Origin: Clostridia bacterium
GTDB lineage: Bacteria > Bacillota > Clostridia > Christensenellales > UBA1242
Length of the DNA: 64,000 bases
Assembly: GCA_017503005.1 (NCBI GenBank)
Contig: JAFVTW010000007.1
Span: forward strand, 73,798-137,797
Reading direction: 5' to 3'
In this document: positions 40,730-50,368 of the stretch, piece by piece
Layout of the letters: every line of letters starts with the position of its first letter
How positions within the stretch are numbered: position 1 is the first letter of the stretch
Made by a program: the position numbers and the translations under genes
The notes under the pieces: model-generated
Seen by the model: the letters and a program-made list of their open reading frames with translations, nothing else
What the model was told of the DNA's origin: nothing
Databases searched by the model: none

Positions 40730-41557
40730 CTAATTAACACGCTTAATAATTAGCTTATTACTTTGTTTTTTGTGTTTTCTTGTCTTCATGCCAAGTGCAG
40801 GTTTACCCCAAGGAGTAAGTGGTGATTTTCTACCAACTGGGCTCTTGCCTTCACCACCGCCGTGTGGGTGATCAACTGGGTTCATAACAGAACCACGAAC
40901 TGTTGGTCTAACACCCATGTGTCTTACACGACCAGCTTTACCTAATGAAACGATTTCGTGTTCTGAGTTACCGATAGTACCGATAGTAGCACGGCATTCA
41001 TTTGAAACCATTCTCATTTCGCCACTAGGCAATTTGATTGTTGCGAAAGCGCCTTCTTTAGCCATTAATCTAGCTTCGTTACCAGCTGAACGAACCATTT
41101 GTCCGCCTTTACCAGGTTGAAGTTCGATATTGTGGATAACTGAACCAACAGGCATATCTTTCAATTTTAAGCAGTTACCTACTTTAATTTCTACATCTTG
41201 TCCGCTCATAACAGTGTCACCTACATTTAGTCCAACAGGAGCTATAATGTAACGTTTTTCACCATCAGCATAGTTAAGTAAAGCAATATAAGCAGAACGG
41301 TTTGGATCGTATTCGATTGTTGCAACACGAGCAGGGATATTGTCTTTGTTTCTCTTAAAGTCAATAACTCTGTATTTAACTCTGTTTCCGCCGCCTTTAT
41401 GTCTTACTGTTAATTTACCTTGGTTGTTACGACCAGCAAATTTCTTTTTAACTGCAAGCAAGCTCTTTTCTGGAGTTGTTGTAGTAATTTCTTCAAAACT
41501 TGCTGTGGTGTAAGTACGACGAGCTGGAGAAGTTGGTTTATATGTTTTAATAGCCAT
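40730..41557 (-). CDS. rplB: 50S ribosomal protein L2
   Basis: 275 aa; ...[13 protein letters not shown]... Confidence 0.93.
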   Translation of the reverse strand: MAIKTYKPTSPARRTYTTASFEEITTTTPEKSLLAVKKKFAGRNNQGKLTVRHKGGGNRVKYRVIDFKRNKDNIPARVATIEYDPNRSAYIALLNYADGEKRYIIAPVGLNVGDTVMSGQDVEIKVGNCLKLKDMPVGSVIHNIELQPGKGGQMVRSAGNEARLMAKEGAFATIKLPSGEMRMVSNECRATIGTIGNSEHEIVSLGKAGRVRHMGVRPTVRGSVMNPVDHPHGGGEGKSPVGRKSPLTPWGKPALGMKTRKHKKQSNKLIIKRVN

Positions 41558-41579
41558 ATTATTTATTCCTCCTTAACTC

Positions 41580-41870
41580 TTATGACAAGCTGTCAAAAAA
41601 CTCGATTGTTTTGCTATCTTCAGTTAGAGTAACATAAGCTTTCTTATAGTCAGCTGTATAGCCTTGAGTTTTGCCTTGTCTTCTTAATTTTCCATCAACA
41701 TTAGCTGTGTTAACTTTTGCAACTTTAACACCGAATAATGTTTCAACTGCATTTTTGATTTCAGTTTTGTTAGCATCCTTTTTAACTACGAATGCATATC
41801 TTTTGTTTGCAATGTTTGCATATGTCTTTTCGCTTAAAAGCGGTTTAATAATAATATCGAATTGTTTCAT
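41580..41870 (-). CDS. rplW: 50S ribosomal protein L23
   Basis: 96 aa, conserved position. Confidence 0.92.
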   Translation of the reverse strand: MKQFDIIIKPLLSEKTYANIANKRYAFVVKKDANKTEIKNAVETLFGVKVAKVNTANVDGKLRRQGKTQGYTADYKKAYVTLTEDSKTIEFFDSLS

Positions 41871-42493
41871 TATCCTTTATATGCCTCCTCTAAAGCTTTA
41901 GCAGCATCTTTGGTTAAAACAACTTTGTCGTTTGAAACAATGTCATATACATTAACCACAGAAGCATTGGTTACATCTACATTGCCTAAGTTATTAGCTG
42001 CACGCATAACCAACTCATCTTTTTCCTTAGTTACAAAAACAACTGATTTTTCAATCTTTAAGTTTTTAAGAACTTGAGCCATAAGTTTTGTTTTTGCTTC
42101 TGCTAAGGTTAGGTTATCAACAATGATAACTTCTTGATTTCTTAATTTTGTGCTGATTGCACTCTTGAATGCGGTACGTTTTGCTTCTTTATTAACCTTT
42201 TTAGAGAAATCTCTTGGCTTTGGAGCAAATACTACACCACCACCTCTCCATTGTGGTCCCTTTGTAGAACCATGACGAGCATGACCGGTATGTTTTTGTC
42301 TCCAAGGTTTTTTAGCATGTCCGCGAACTTCGGAACGAGTTAATGCACTCTTTGTGCCTTGACGAAGGTTTGCTAAGTAAGCAACAACTACTTGATGAAT
42401 TAGGCCTTCATTGTATTCTTGTTTGAATACTTCGTCACTTAACTTTAAGGTTCCTACTTCTTCACCTGAAATATTTAAAACTTTAACGTTCAT
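41870..42493 (-). CDS. rplD: 50S ribosomal protein L4
   Basis: 207 aa, conserved. Confidence 0.92.
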   Translation of the reverse strand: MNVKVLNISGEEVGTLKLSDEVFKQEYNEGLIHQVVVAYLANLRQGTKSALTRSEVRGHAKKPWRQKHTGHARHGSTKGPQWRGGGVVFAPKPRDFSKKVNKEAKRTAFKSAISTKLRNQEVIIVDNLTLAEAKTKLMAQVLKNLKIEKSVVFVTKEKDELVMRAANNLGNVDVTNASVVNVYDIVSNDKVVLTKDAAKALEEAYKG

Positions 42494-42506
42494 AACTTAA
42501 CTCTCC

Positions 42507-43142
42507 TTAATTAGCCTTAACTGCTTCTTTAATTGTTAGTAAGCTACCTTTAACACCAGGAACAGCACCTTTAATTAAGATAATGTTGTGTTCAGCATCT
42601 ACTTTAACAATTTTTAAGTTTTGAATGGTTACTCTTTCATTTCCCCATCTTCCGCTCATTTTGTGGCCTTTGAAAACCTTACCAGGATAAGTGTTTGCAC
42701 CAGTACCACCAGCATGACGGTGAACAGGACCGTTACCATGAGACATATTCATGCGGCTGAAATTCCATTTTTTGATTAGGCCAGACCATCCGTGACCTTT
42801 GCTTGTTCCAACTACATCAACTAAGTCGCCTTCGCTAAAAATTGAACAATCGATTTTAGCACCTAGTTGATAACTTTCAGCGTTTTCTAATGCTAATTCT
42901 TTAACATAACGCTTTGGTGTGATTTCGGCTTTTTTAAACTTGCCTTTTTCAGGTTTGCTAACCAAATTTTCGCGCTTTTCTTCAAATGCTACTTGAACAG
43001 CTTTGTATCCATCTTTTTCCATGCTCTTAACTTGAGTAACAAAGCATGGACCTGCTTCAACAACTGTTACAGGAACAACTAAACCATTAGCGGAAAAAAT
43101 TTGAGTCATGCCAAGCTTTTTGCCTAAAATTGCTTTTTTCAT
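42507..43142 (-). CDS. rplC: 50S ribosomal protein L3
   Basis: MKKAILGKKLGMTQIF. Confidence 0.93.
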   Translation of the reverse strand: MKKAILGKKLGMTQIFSANGLVVPVTVVEAGPCFVTQVKSMEKDGYKAVQVAFEEKRENLVSKPEKGKFKKAEITPKRYVKELALENAESYQLGAKIDCSIFSEGDLVDVVGTSKGHGWSGLIKKWNFSRMNMSHGNGPVHRHAGGTGANTYPGKVFKGHKMSGRWGNERVTIQNLKIVKVDAEHNIILIKGAVPGVKGSLLTIKEAVKAN

Positions 43143-43167
43143 AATTCTTTAATTCTCCTTACAGTTT

Positions 43168-43476
43168 TTATAATTTTATATTGATGTCTACGCCAGCAGG
43201 TAGTTCAAGCTTCATTAAAGCATCAACTGCTTTTGCTGATGGGCTATAAATATCAATAAGTCTTTTGTGAGTTCTCATCTCAAATTGTTCGCGTGAATCC
43301 TTGTATTTATGAGGAGCACGGATTATTGTAACAACTTCTTTGTCAGTTGGTAGAGGAACTGGTCCGCTAACTTTAGCACCTGACTTCAAAGCAGTGTCAA
43401 TAATTCTCTTACTTGCTTGGTCAATTAAGTTGTGATCGAATGCAGCAAGTTTAACTCTGATTTTTTGTGTTGCCAT
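43168..43476 (-). CDS. rpsJ: 30S ribosomal protein S10
   Basis: [20 protein letters not shown]. Confidence 0.93.
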   Translation of the reverse strand: MATQKIRVKLAAFDHNLIDQASKRIIDTALKSGAKVSGPVPLPTDKEVVTIIRAPHKYKDSREQFEMRTHKRLIDIYSPSAKAVDALMKLELPAGVDINIKL

Positions 43477-43701
43477 TAATTTACCTCCATGAAAAATTAA
43501 CTTACCTAAACCCTAGAAAATACATATTTTATATATAATTAAAACACTTTCCCGTGTGTTTAGTGCTGTATCCTAAAAAAAATATGTATGGATTTAGTCG
43601 TTCATAATCGATGTTACGAACACTTGTCAAACTCAAATTATCCCCTAAAATTGGCGGTTTTAGGAGTAACTTTGCGTTTCACCCCATAGTACAGCAAGTT
43701 A

Positions 43702-43730
43702 ATTTTACTCAAAAACACGACAAAAGTCAA
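43702..43730 (-). promoter_or_regulatory. Sigma-A promoter for the S10-spc-alpha super-operon: -35 TTGACT (43730..43725), 17-nt spacer, -10 TAAAAT (43707..43702); gives ~220-nt 5' leader before rpsJ
   Basis: Hexamers read on minus strand in the 446-bp non-coding region upstream of rpsJ; no ORF >=60 aa in the region. Confidence 0.45.
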
Positions 43731-43922
43731 CACTTATCTTGAAAATATTTGATTAATATTTTTGGTCATTTTGCACAAAATTTTTAAATAGCTGACATAT
43801 ACACTATATCTTGTGTCATATATGTTTTTGACCACTATATATAATGAAAGTATTTTTCCTATATATAATATAAATATAATATAAAGAAAAAGGCGACAAT
43901 TTTCTGTCGCCTTTTCAAATTA

Positions 43923-45914
43923 TTAAGGAAGTTGTTGTAGCTTATCAGCATAATCGCTAGCTTGTAAAATTGTATAGAATTTATTTGTGCTTGTCATATT
44001 TAAGTAAATAGTTGTAATTGCATTACAGTTTCTAATAAATTCATGGTCAATTGTATTTGTAGCATCAGCATTACCTCTGATAGTTACAGTAACTAAGCCA
44101 GTACAATTTCTCATAGCACCTATACCAACATTTACACAGTTTGGACCTAATTCGATAGATACAATATTTGAACATTCTCTAAATGCATAAGCACATATTG
44201 TTTCTACTGTATTTGGAGTCACATAGTTAATGTTAGAACCCTTACCAAAGAACTTGATAAGTTTAGTCTTACCTGCACTATAAATTGCACCATCTGCTAC
44301 TTCAATATAAGCAGAGTTTGAAGTCATTTCTTCTAAAGCATAGTAATTCAAGAATGCATCATCTGCCACAGTAGTTACACCATTACCTAAAGTAATATCT
44401 ATAATGCTTGTAGCACCCTCAAATGCATACGACTCAATTTCTTGTGCATTGATTGTAAGGATTTTTAGTGTTGACACCCCTTCAAATGCATTAGATAGAA
44501 TAGCTTTAGTATCAGTTAAAGTAGCATACTCAAGAGCGGTTTTAGCAGCCGGATAACGAAGTAATGATTTTTCGCCATCAGTAATAGAGTATAATACCCC
44601 ACCATCTACAGCAAAGTATTCACTAGAAGTTTGAAGCTTGAATTCTGTCAATTTTGGACATTGACTAAATGCTCTTTCATCAATAGTTCTAATTGTATGA
44701 GGAATAGAAACCTCTACTAATTGTGATAAGTTGCATACATCTGCAGTAATGCCCACTACAGTTTTGCCATTATAGAATCTAGGAATAATCAAAGAAGTTG
44801 AGTTCTTGTAATTAGTAGTAATACCTTTAATAATTACTTCATCAGTATTTGCACCAGCAGGTTGAGTTTCAAATGCTTCAGCAGGAGTAACATTTTCTAC
44901 TTCTGTTTTATTTTCAGCTATTTTACCGTACAATACTAGGTCCTTATATGCTTTTGTTGCCAAACTATCAAAGTTATAAGGACTCATAAAATTCACCTGT
45001 AAGAACCAACCTAAGAAGTCATAGCCAGGGATTTCTGGGTCTTCTGGTTTAACAAGTTTAGTTCCAAATGCAACATCTTTTGTAGTATAAATTTCACTAT
45101 TTATTACAAAAGTAACAGTATAAATTTCAGGATTCCATTTAGCATAAAGTGATACCGATTCACCATGCAATGTCCATGTACCAAAGTCTACAGGACTACC
45201 TGTAAAGTCTTCGTTTTCGTACCAACCACCGAATTTGTAACCAGTTAAACCACCTACAGGCTCTAATTGATGGTCTCTAGGTAGAGGCTCACCAGAATAG
45301 CCAGTATATGAAGGCTTATATGCAGCACCTTCACCAGTAACAAAGTATACGGTAGTTTTTGGGAAGTCCCAAACTGCATAGAAAGTTACATCTTCACCAG
45401 GAACGGATGTAATATCGCCAGGCTTGTATACTGTACCAGAACCATCTTCGCTTGTAGTCCAACCAACTAATACCTTATCTCCATTAGAAATACCAGCTTG
45501 TGTCAAATTTGGAAACATAAAACTAGTATTGTATACTTGGTCAGTATAAGAGGTTCCTAGACCAGTACCTTCGCCAGGATTAAACTGAATATTGAATGAT
45601 GCAGGTGTAAAATATGGGTACAAATCCAAATTAGATTCTACAATATCTACACCTATATTAACCTTTTGTGTCTCATTGAAATTACGAGAATAATACCAGC
45701 CATTAAAGTTGTGACCATATAGGGTCGGCTCTGGCAATTCTGGCATCGGTTCGCCTTTCTCTACTTGCATCACATCTAGCTCTACATCTTTGAATGTAAG
45801 GGCAGCATGTTTAGGCATTACATATATTACAAATAATGCAATAGCACCAACAATCAAGACTGTACACAAAAATACAGAAAAGTATAACCTTTTTGTTCTG
45901 CTTACATAAGCCAT
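43923..45914 (-). CDS. Cell-surface protein with N-terminal signal-anchor, Listeria-Bacteroides (InlB B-type/Flg_new) repeats and C-terminal BspA-type leucine-rich repeats
   Basis: TM FSVFLCTVLIVGAIALFVIYV; repeats of form GY.F.GWY...F.....V....TLYAKW; C-terminal LRR block AFSQC..L..F.L......I...AF.G...L..I.I with Cys/Asn positions typical of BspA-like LRRs. Confidence 0.65.
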   Translation of the reverse strand: MAYVSRTKRLYFSVFLCTVLIVGAIALFVIYVMPKHAALTFKDVELDVMQVEKGEPMPELPEPTLYGHNFNGWYYSRNFNETQKVNIGVDIVESNLDLYPYFTPASFNIQFNPGEGTGLGTSYTDQVYNTSFMFPNLTQAGISNGDKVLVGWTTSEDGSGTVYKPGDITSVPGEDVTFYAVWDFPKTTVYFVTGEGAAYKPSYTGYSGEPLPRDHQLEPVGGLTGYKFGGWYENEDFTGSPVDFGTWTLHGESVSLYAKWNPEIYTVTFVINSEIYTTKDVAFGTKLVKPEDPEIPGYDFLGWFLQVNFMSPYNFDSLATKAYKDLVLYGKIAENKTEVENVTPAEAFETQPAGANTDEVIIKGITTNYKNSTSLIIPRFYNGKTVVGITADVCNLSQLVEVSIPHTIRTIDERAFSQCPKLTEFKLQTSSEYFAVDGGVLYSITDGEKSLLRYPAAKTALEYATLTDTKAILSNAFEGVSTLKILTINAQEIESYAFEGATSIIDITLGNGVTTVADDAFLNYYALEEMTSNSAYIEVADGAIYSAGKTKLIKFFGKGSNINYVTPNTVETICAYAFRECSNIVSIELGPNCVNVGIGAMRNCTGLVTVTIRGNADATNTIDHEFIRNCNAITTIYLNMTSTNKFYTILQASDYADKLQQLP

Positions 45915-45940
45915 ATTAATTATCCTTTGTTTTTATTTTT

Positions 45941-46189
45941 TTATAGATTGTTTAATTTTTCCAACATAAAGTTGATATCAACAGCATGAACCATAGCAGC
46001 TTGTTCAAGTGTTTCCATCAAGCTAAAAGGACAAGTAAAACAATGCATACCAAATCCACTAAGTACAGTTTCTACTTGATCATTAACCTTTAGAGCTTCG
46101 CCTATAGTCATATCTTTAGTGAATTTTTTTGTCTTCTTTTTAGCATATTGTTTAGCTGTATTATTAGCCAACTTAACTTCTTTTGCCAT
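45941..46189 (-). CDS. DUF1858-type small redox-disulfide domain protein (hybrid-cluster-protein-associated family)
   Basis: 82 aa; conserved ...IGEAL.....VE.VL.GFGMHCFTCPFSLMETLEQAAMVHAVDINFMLEKLN pattern. Confidence 0.55.
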   Translation of the reverse strand: MAKEVKLANNTAKQYAKKKTKKFTKDMTIGEALKVNDQVETVLSGFGMHCFTCPFSLMETLEQAAMVHAVDINFMLEKLNNL

Positions 46190-46201
46190 ATATTTCTCCT
46201 T

Positions 46202-47230
46202 TTATTGTTTAAATCCACAATGTGGACAAAAAACATATTTATCACCTATTGTTTTGTTACAATACTTGCAAACTTTTTGATTTTGACCATCAAAAACCTC
46301 ACTAGTATTCAATTTAGCATTGTATGTTTGATTTGCATTTTCTTCCAGCTTTAAGCCGCCTCGCCTAATTATTTGAGGCTGAGAGTCTGTGTGTTGAGCA
46401 GCTTGATGTTGTGCTTGCCCACTAGTCTCGTTTATATTAACCTTATTTGGTACTACCTGCTCTGGTTGATACTTAATACCAGAATTTTCAAATTGACTCT
46501 CTATGCTTTTTCTACCAGCAATAAACTCAGCAACTTTCTTTTGAACTTTCTTACTTAGTTTAAAACTAGTAACTTCTGCATTTGATATTTTGACACCAAA
46601 ACTATCTGTTTTTTCGTTTAAGTCAGTTTCCATTTCTTCATTAAGTAGTTGTGGATTCAACACTATTTCGCTAAACCCATGTTTACTCTTTTCTACAACC
46701 AGATTAACCTCATTACCTACAAGGTTCATAACAAGCTCTATTCCCTGTTTTGGCTTGATGTAGTATCTATCTATAAGCAACACTTTAAATAACTTCTCAG
46801 GGTCTAAAACCTGTATATCACATAGTCCTTCACTATACCCTTTTACCTTACCAAAAGTATTTGATTTTTTCACAAATCTTTCGGAAGAATAGAATTGTTG
46901 TTGTTTCAAAGTTTCCTTTAGCACATAGTACACATCTGCTTTGAAAGTTTTAGGAATTTTGCCATTCTTATTTGGCTTGTCAAGCCTTAACTTTGCAAAT
47001 GTAGTAGGAAGTGTAGCAGCAGTGATTTTATGCTTACCTGGTGGCAATACATCGCCCACCCTATCGTTGCACACGAAGACAGCACAATACTTGTCCCCTA
47101 CTATTATGTGCGAATTAACATGTATAATTCGTTTTGAATTAGGATAGGGGTATATAAAATGACCATCAAGTTCGTCTCCACACTCAATGTTTTTATTAAA
47201 AAGTTTCTTTAAATTTGCAATTAAGCCCAT
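46202..47230 (-). CDS. Hypothetical protein with SPFH/band-7-like (YdjI/COG4260-like) N-region and C-terminal CxxC...CxxC zinc ribbon
   Basis: 342 aa; C-terminal CKYCNKTIGDKYVFCPHCGFKQ; N-region loosely resembles B. subtilis YdjI; assignment tentative. Confidence 0.35.
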   Translation of the reverse strand: MGLIANLKKLFNKNIECGDELDGHFIYPYPNSKRIIHVNSHIIVGDKYCAVFVCNDRVGDVLPPGKHKITAATLPTTFAKLRLDKPNKNGKIPKTFKADVYYVLKETLKQQQFYSSERFVKKSNTFGKVKGYSEGLCDIQVLDPEKLFKVLLIDRYYIKPKQGIELVMNLVGNEVNLVVEKSKHGFSEIVLNPQLLNEEMETDLNEKTDSFGVKISNAEVTSFKLSKKVQKKVAEFIAGRKSIESQFENSGIKYQPEQVVPNKVNINETSGQAQHQAAQHTDSQPQIIRRGGLKLEENANQTYNAKLNTSEVFDGQNQKVCKYCNKTIGDKYVFCPHCGFKQ

Positions 47231-47398
47231 ACCACTCCACTATACAATCATACTAAATTATAGCAACATTTAAAAATAAAGCAAAATATTTTACAAATAA
47301 ATTTATTATATAAATAATAAACTTTTGTGTTTTTGCATATACATTAATAATTCTTTTAAACAAAGGACAACTTCAATAAAACTAGCACGGGGGAATTT

Positions 47399-48112
47399 AT
47401 GCCAAAAGTTAGCAATATTATTTCTAGTTATGTAGTAAGCATATACAATGGACAGATAGAAGGAATAGTACTAAATATTTTGTTTGACAAAAAGAAGAAG
47501 GCACGATACTTGATAATCAGTCAAAATGATGAACAATTTTTGATACTAAATACAAATGATATATATAAGCTTGGAGATGGTGCTGTGCTTATAAAAAATG
47601 ATACTGTTCTAACCCTAATGGAGACACAGGAATTAGCAATCAAAAACTGCTTTAGCCCTATAAACAGCATCATAGTTGATATAGATGGAAATATGCTAGG
47701 AAATGTGGCAGATATTGAACTAGATAATAGGTACAATATTGTCGAATTTATAACAACAAAAAATGAGACCATAAACCTAAAAAATGTACTCAATATTTCC
47801 GATACTGTAATCATACATAACAATACACAAAAAAAGCATAAATTAAGCCATTTTAGACATATGGATAAAATTAAAATTCCAACAAAAAATATTGATAAAA
47901 ACACAGTAAAAATTATGGATAAAAATGAGACAATTTTGCCTAACAGAACTGTAATAAATTACAACTTTTTAATACAGCGAAAAGTCACCAAAAACATTAC
48001 AAATTTTAATGGTGAAATCATCATAAAAGAAAATCAAATAATCAACTCAAAAATACTAGACATCGCTAGAATAAATGGCAAAATAAGAGAGCTGACAAAA
48101 TTTAGTGTATAG
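47399..48112 (+). CDS. Hypothetical protein with two PRC-barrel-like (YlmC/YmxH-type) modules
   Basis: 237 aa; segments VVSIYNGQIEGIVLNILFD and IIVDIDGNMLGNVADIELDNRYNIVEFI resemble YlmC VVNVSNGKKLGSIGDIDIN; RBS GGGGGAA before ATG. Confidence 0.4.
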   Translation: MPKVSNIISSYVVSIYNGQIEGIVLNILFDKKKKARYLIISQNDEQFLILNTNDIYKLGDGAVLIKNDTVLTLMETQELAIKNCFSPINSIIVDIDGNMLGNVADIELDNRYNIVEFITTKNETINLKNVLNISDTVIIHNNTQKKHKLSHFRHMDKIKIPTKNIDKNTVKIMDKNETILPNRTVINYNFLIQRKVTKNITNFNGEIIIKENQIINSKILDIARINGKIRELTKFSV

Positions 48113-48146
48113 CAAAAAAAATCCCGCATATGCGAGATTTTTTGTT
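48112..48146. terminator. Bidirectional rho-independent terminator (A8 - atcccgc-atat-gcgagat - T6) between convergent 47399..48112 and 48155..50155
   Basis: 7-bp GC-rich stem with one mismatch, flanked by A- and T-runs. Confidence 0.55.
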
Positions 48147-48154
48147 TTATATTT

Positions 48155-50155
48155 TTACTTGTCACCATCTTTGTTCATCTTGTTTACAGCATCTAATAAA
48201 CTATCTAGAGAAGCTTTCTTTCTAGGTGCTCTAACGGTTGTAGATGAAACAGGAGTTTGTCTCTTTGGAAGTTCAAAACTCTTCTTTTTAGGTGCAGCTG
48301 TACTTACAGCACTTGCAGCAGCAGCTATAGACATTTTTGGTTCTGCCTTAGATGCAGGAGCAGGAGCTGATTTTGCAGAATTTTCTAAAGCAGCACTAAT
48401 ATCTGCTTGATTAACGGTAGTTAATTCGATAGCTTTTTGTTCGTTAGCTTTAGCATTTTTTGCCTTTTCAAACAATTCAGCATTTAATTTCTTGGTTTGT
48501 TCTACCTCTTTAGTTGCAGCCTCTAAGCTCTTTTCTAACAATACAGCTTTTTCTTGATACAATTTTGCATTTTCTTCTGCAAGTTGAACCCTATCTTCTA
48601 AGTTACCGATTTGTTTTACAACATCTTCAGAAATTTCTAATTGACGACCTTGATATTCTCTAAGTTCTTTTTTACTTAGGAAACTTTGCTTAAATTCAGA
48701 AGAAGTTAAGTACTCTTTAAGCTCTTTCAATGCTTTTAATTCAGCAACTTTTAAGTTGAACTCTTCTGTTCTAGCATTTAAGTCTGCACTTGTTTTGTTT
48801 AAATCTTCAGTTGTTGTAGCTAAATTACTCTTTAATTCATTGATAGTAGTTTCAAGATTTGCCTTATCTTCGTTGATTTGATCGATATAAGGTTTACTTT
48901 GTTCTTGTACAGTTTTACTGATTTGACCATAAATTTTGTTAGCATAGTTCTTACATTCTGCTTTCATAGCATCTTCTGTAAGTGCTTTTCTTCTAGCAAT
49001 TTCGTCTGTCAATGAAGTAACTTCTGCTTTCATTTCGTCTTGTTGTTTTTGGAAACGGCTAGTAGCTAATTCGTAGTCTTTTTCTAATTGTTGAAGTTTT
49101 GTTTGTTCTTCATTCAATCTTTTCTTCATATAGTTTGCTTCGATTTTAACAGTTGTTTGGTTGATTTGATCGGTCAACTGTGTAATTGTTTCTCTAGCAG
49201 CTTGCGCTTTTCTTTCGAAGTCTTTGGTAACTTCATCAAAGTTCTTTTGATAGTTAAACATTTCTGTTTCTTTAGATTGAACTTTTGCAGATAAATCTCT
49301 TTTTACATTGATATATTTTTCACATTCTTTCATCGCTCTTTCTAAAAGCAATGCATTATCAACACCTAACTCATCGAAGTCGTAGTATTCAAACTTGTTA
49401 GCATTAAGCTCAGCTTCTTCTCTTTCTCTCTTTTCTTCGATAGCTCTTTTTTCTAAGTAGTCTTGCAGTACAGGAATACCGTCTTTGATTTCTTTCTTTG
49501 TAAACAATACTTCGTAGTCAATATATTGTGGCATTGTAGTACAAGCCTTATTGATATTTCTTTCGAATTCGTGGAAGTTGTAGTACAAGTCAGAAATAAT
49601 TGTTGTATATCTAGCTCTCATAAATGTAACAAACAACCAGCCTAAACCTAAAACTAATAGTGGCAACAATAATACTTCAAACAAGAATGTATTGAATCTA
49701 ACTGCTTCGTCTACAGCCATTTTTGACATGGCTAATAAGAAAGTTACAACTGCAATGATGATAGACAAAATACCACAAGTAGTAGCTGTATTTGCATAAG
49801 CACTGGTCTTACATGGTTGGTCAATACATGAAGTTGTGTTCATATATTCACTTGGTGATTTATCACGACTCAACATATATTCTTGCCAGCAATAACGAAG
49901 TGTACGAGGTACATTCTTCATTCTGGTATTTAACTCCACAATGTTTTCATCGTTGATGTAAGGATTCTTAGCAAAGTACTTATTTAGCTTGATGATATTT
50001 TTCAAAAGCTTCAACTCATAAGTAAAGCTAGACCTAATAATACCAAACAGCATAACTAGTACTAGCAACCCTGCACTACCATAAACTAAGTAGTCAAAAG
50101 TTACATAGTTGCTCAATTCCTTCAAAAATGTTATAAGTGAATCAAAAATTGTCAT
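48155..50155 (-). CDS. Membrane-anchored long coiled-coil protein (666 aa; N-terminal TM helices, ~350-aa heptad-repeat region, Ala/Pro/Ser-rich C-terminal tail)
   Basis: TMs at ~20-40 and ~130-190; long Glu/Lys/Leu-rich helical region (…LQQLEKDYELATSRFQKQQDEMKAEVTSLTDEIARRK…); tail SAPAPASKAEPKMSIAAAASAVSTAAPKKK. Confidence 0.6.
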   Translation of the reverse strand: MTIFDSLITFLKELSNYVTFDYLVYGSAGLLVLVMLFGIIRSSFTYELKLLKNIIKLNKYFAKNPYINDENIVELNTRMKNVPRTLRYCWQEYMLSRDKSPSEYMNTTSCIDQPCKTSAYANTATTCGILSIIIAVVTFLLAMSKMAVDEAVRFNTFLFEVLLLPLLVLGLGWLFVTFMRARYTTIISDLYYNFHEFERNINKACTTMPQYIDYEVLFTKKEIKDGIPVLQDYLEKRAIEEKREREEAELNANKFEYYDFDELGVDNALLLERAMKECEKYINVKRDLSAKVQSKETEMFNYQKNFDEVTKDFERKAQAARETITQLTDQINQTTVKIEANYMKKRLNEEQTKLQQLEKDYELATSRFQKQQDEMKAEVTSLTDEIARRKALTEDAMKAECKNYANKIYGQISKTVQEQSKPYIDQINEDKANLETTINELKSNLATTTEDLNKTSADLNARTEEFNLKVAELKALKELKEYLTSSEFKQSFLSKKELREYQGRQLEISEDVVKQIGNLEDRVQLAEENAKLYQEKAVLLEKSLEAATKEVEQTKKLNAELFEKAKNAKANEQKAIELTTVNQADISAALENSAKSAPAPASKAEPKMSIAAAASAVSTAAPKKKSFELPKRQTPVSSTTVRAPRKKASLDSLLDAVNKMNKDGDK

Positions 50156-50368
50156 TATCCATTCTCCTATGTAAATTACATAAATCTAAGTGTAGTATAA
50201 CACAACACATAATTTATTAAAAACGAATTTGTTTATTTTTTAAAAAAATAATAGTTATTTTATTATATCTACAAAATCAAATTTATGGTTATTTTAACCA
50301 AATAAAACAAAGACAAGGCTAATACCCTGTCTTTATTTTGTGAAAAATCAAAGAATAAATGTACAACA

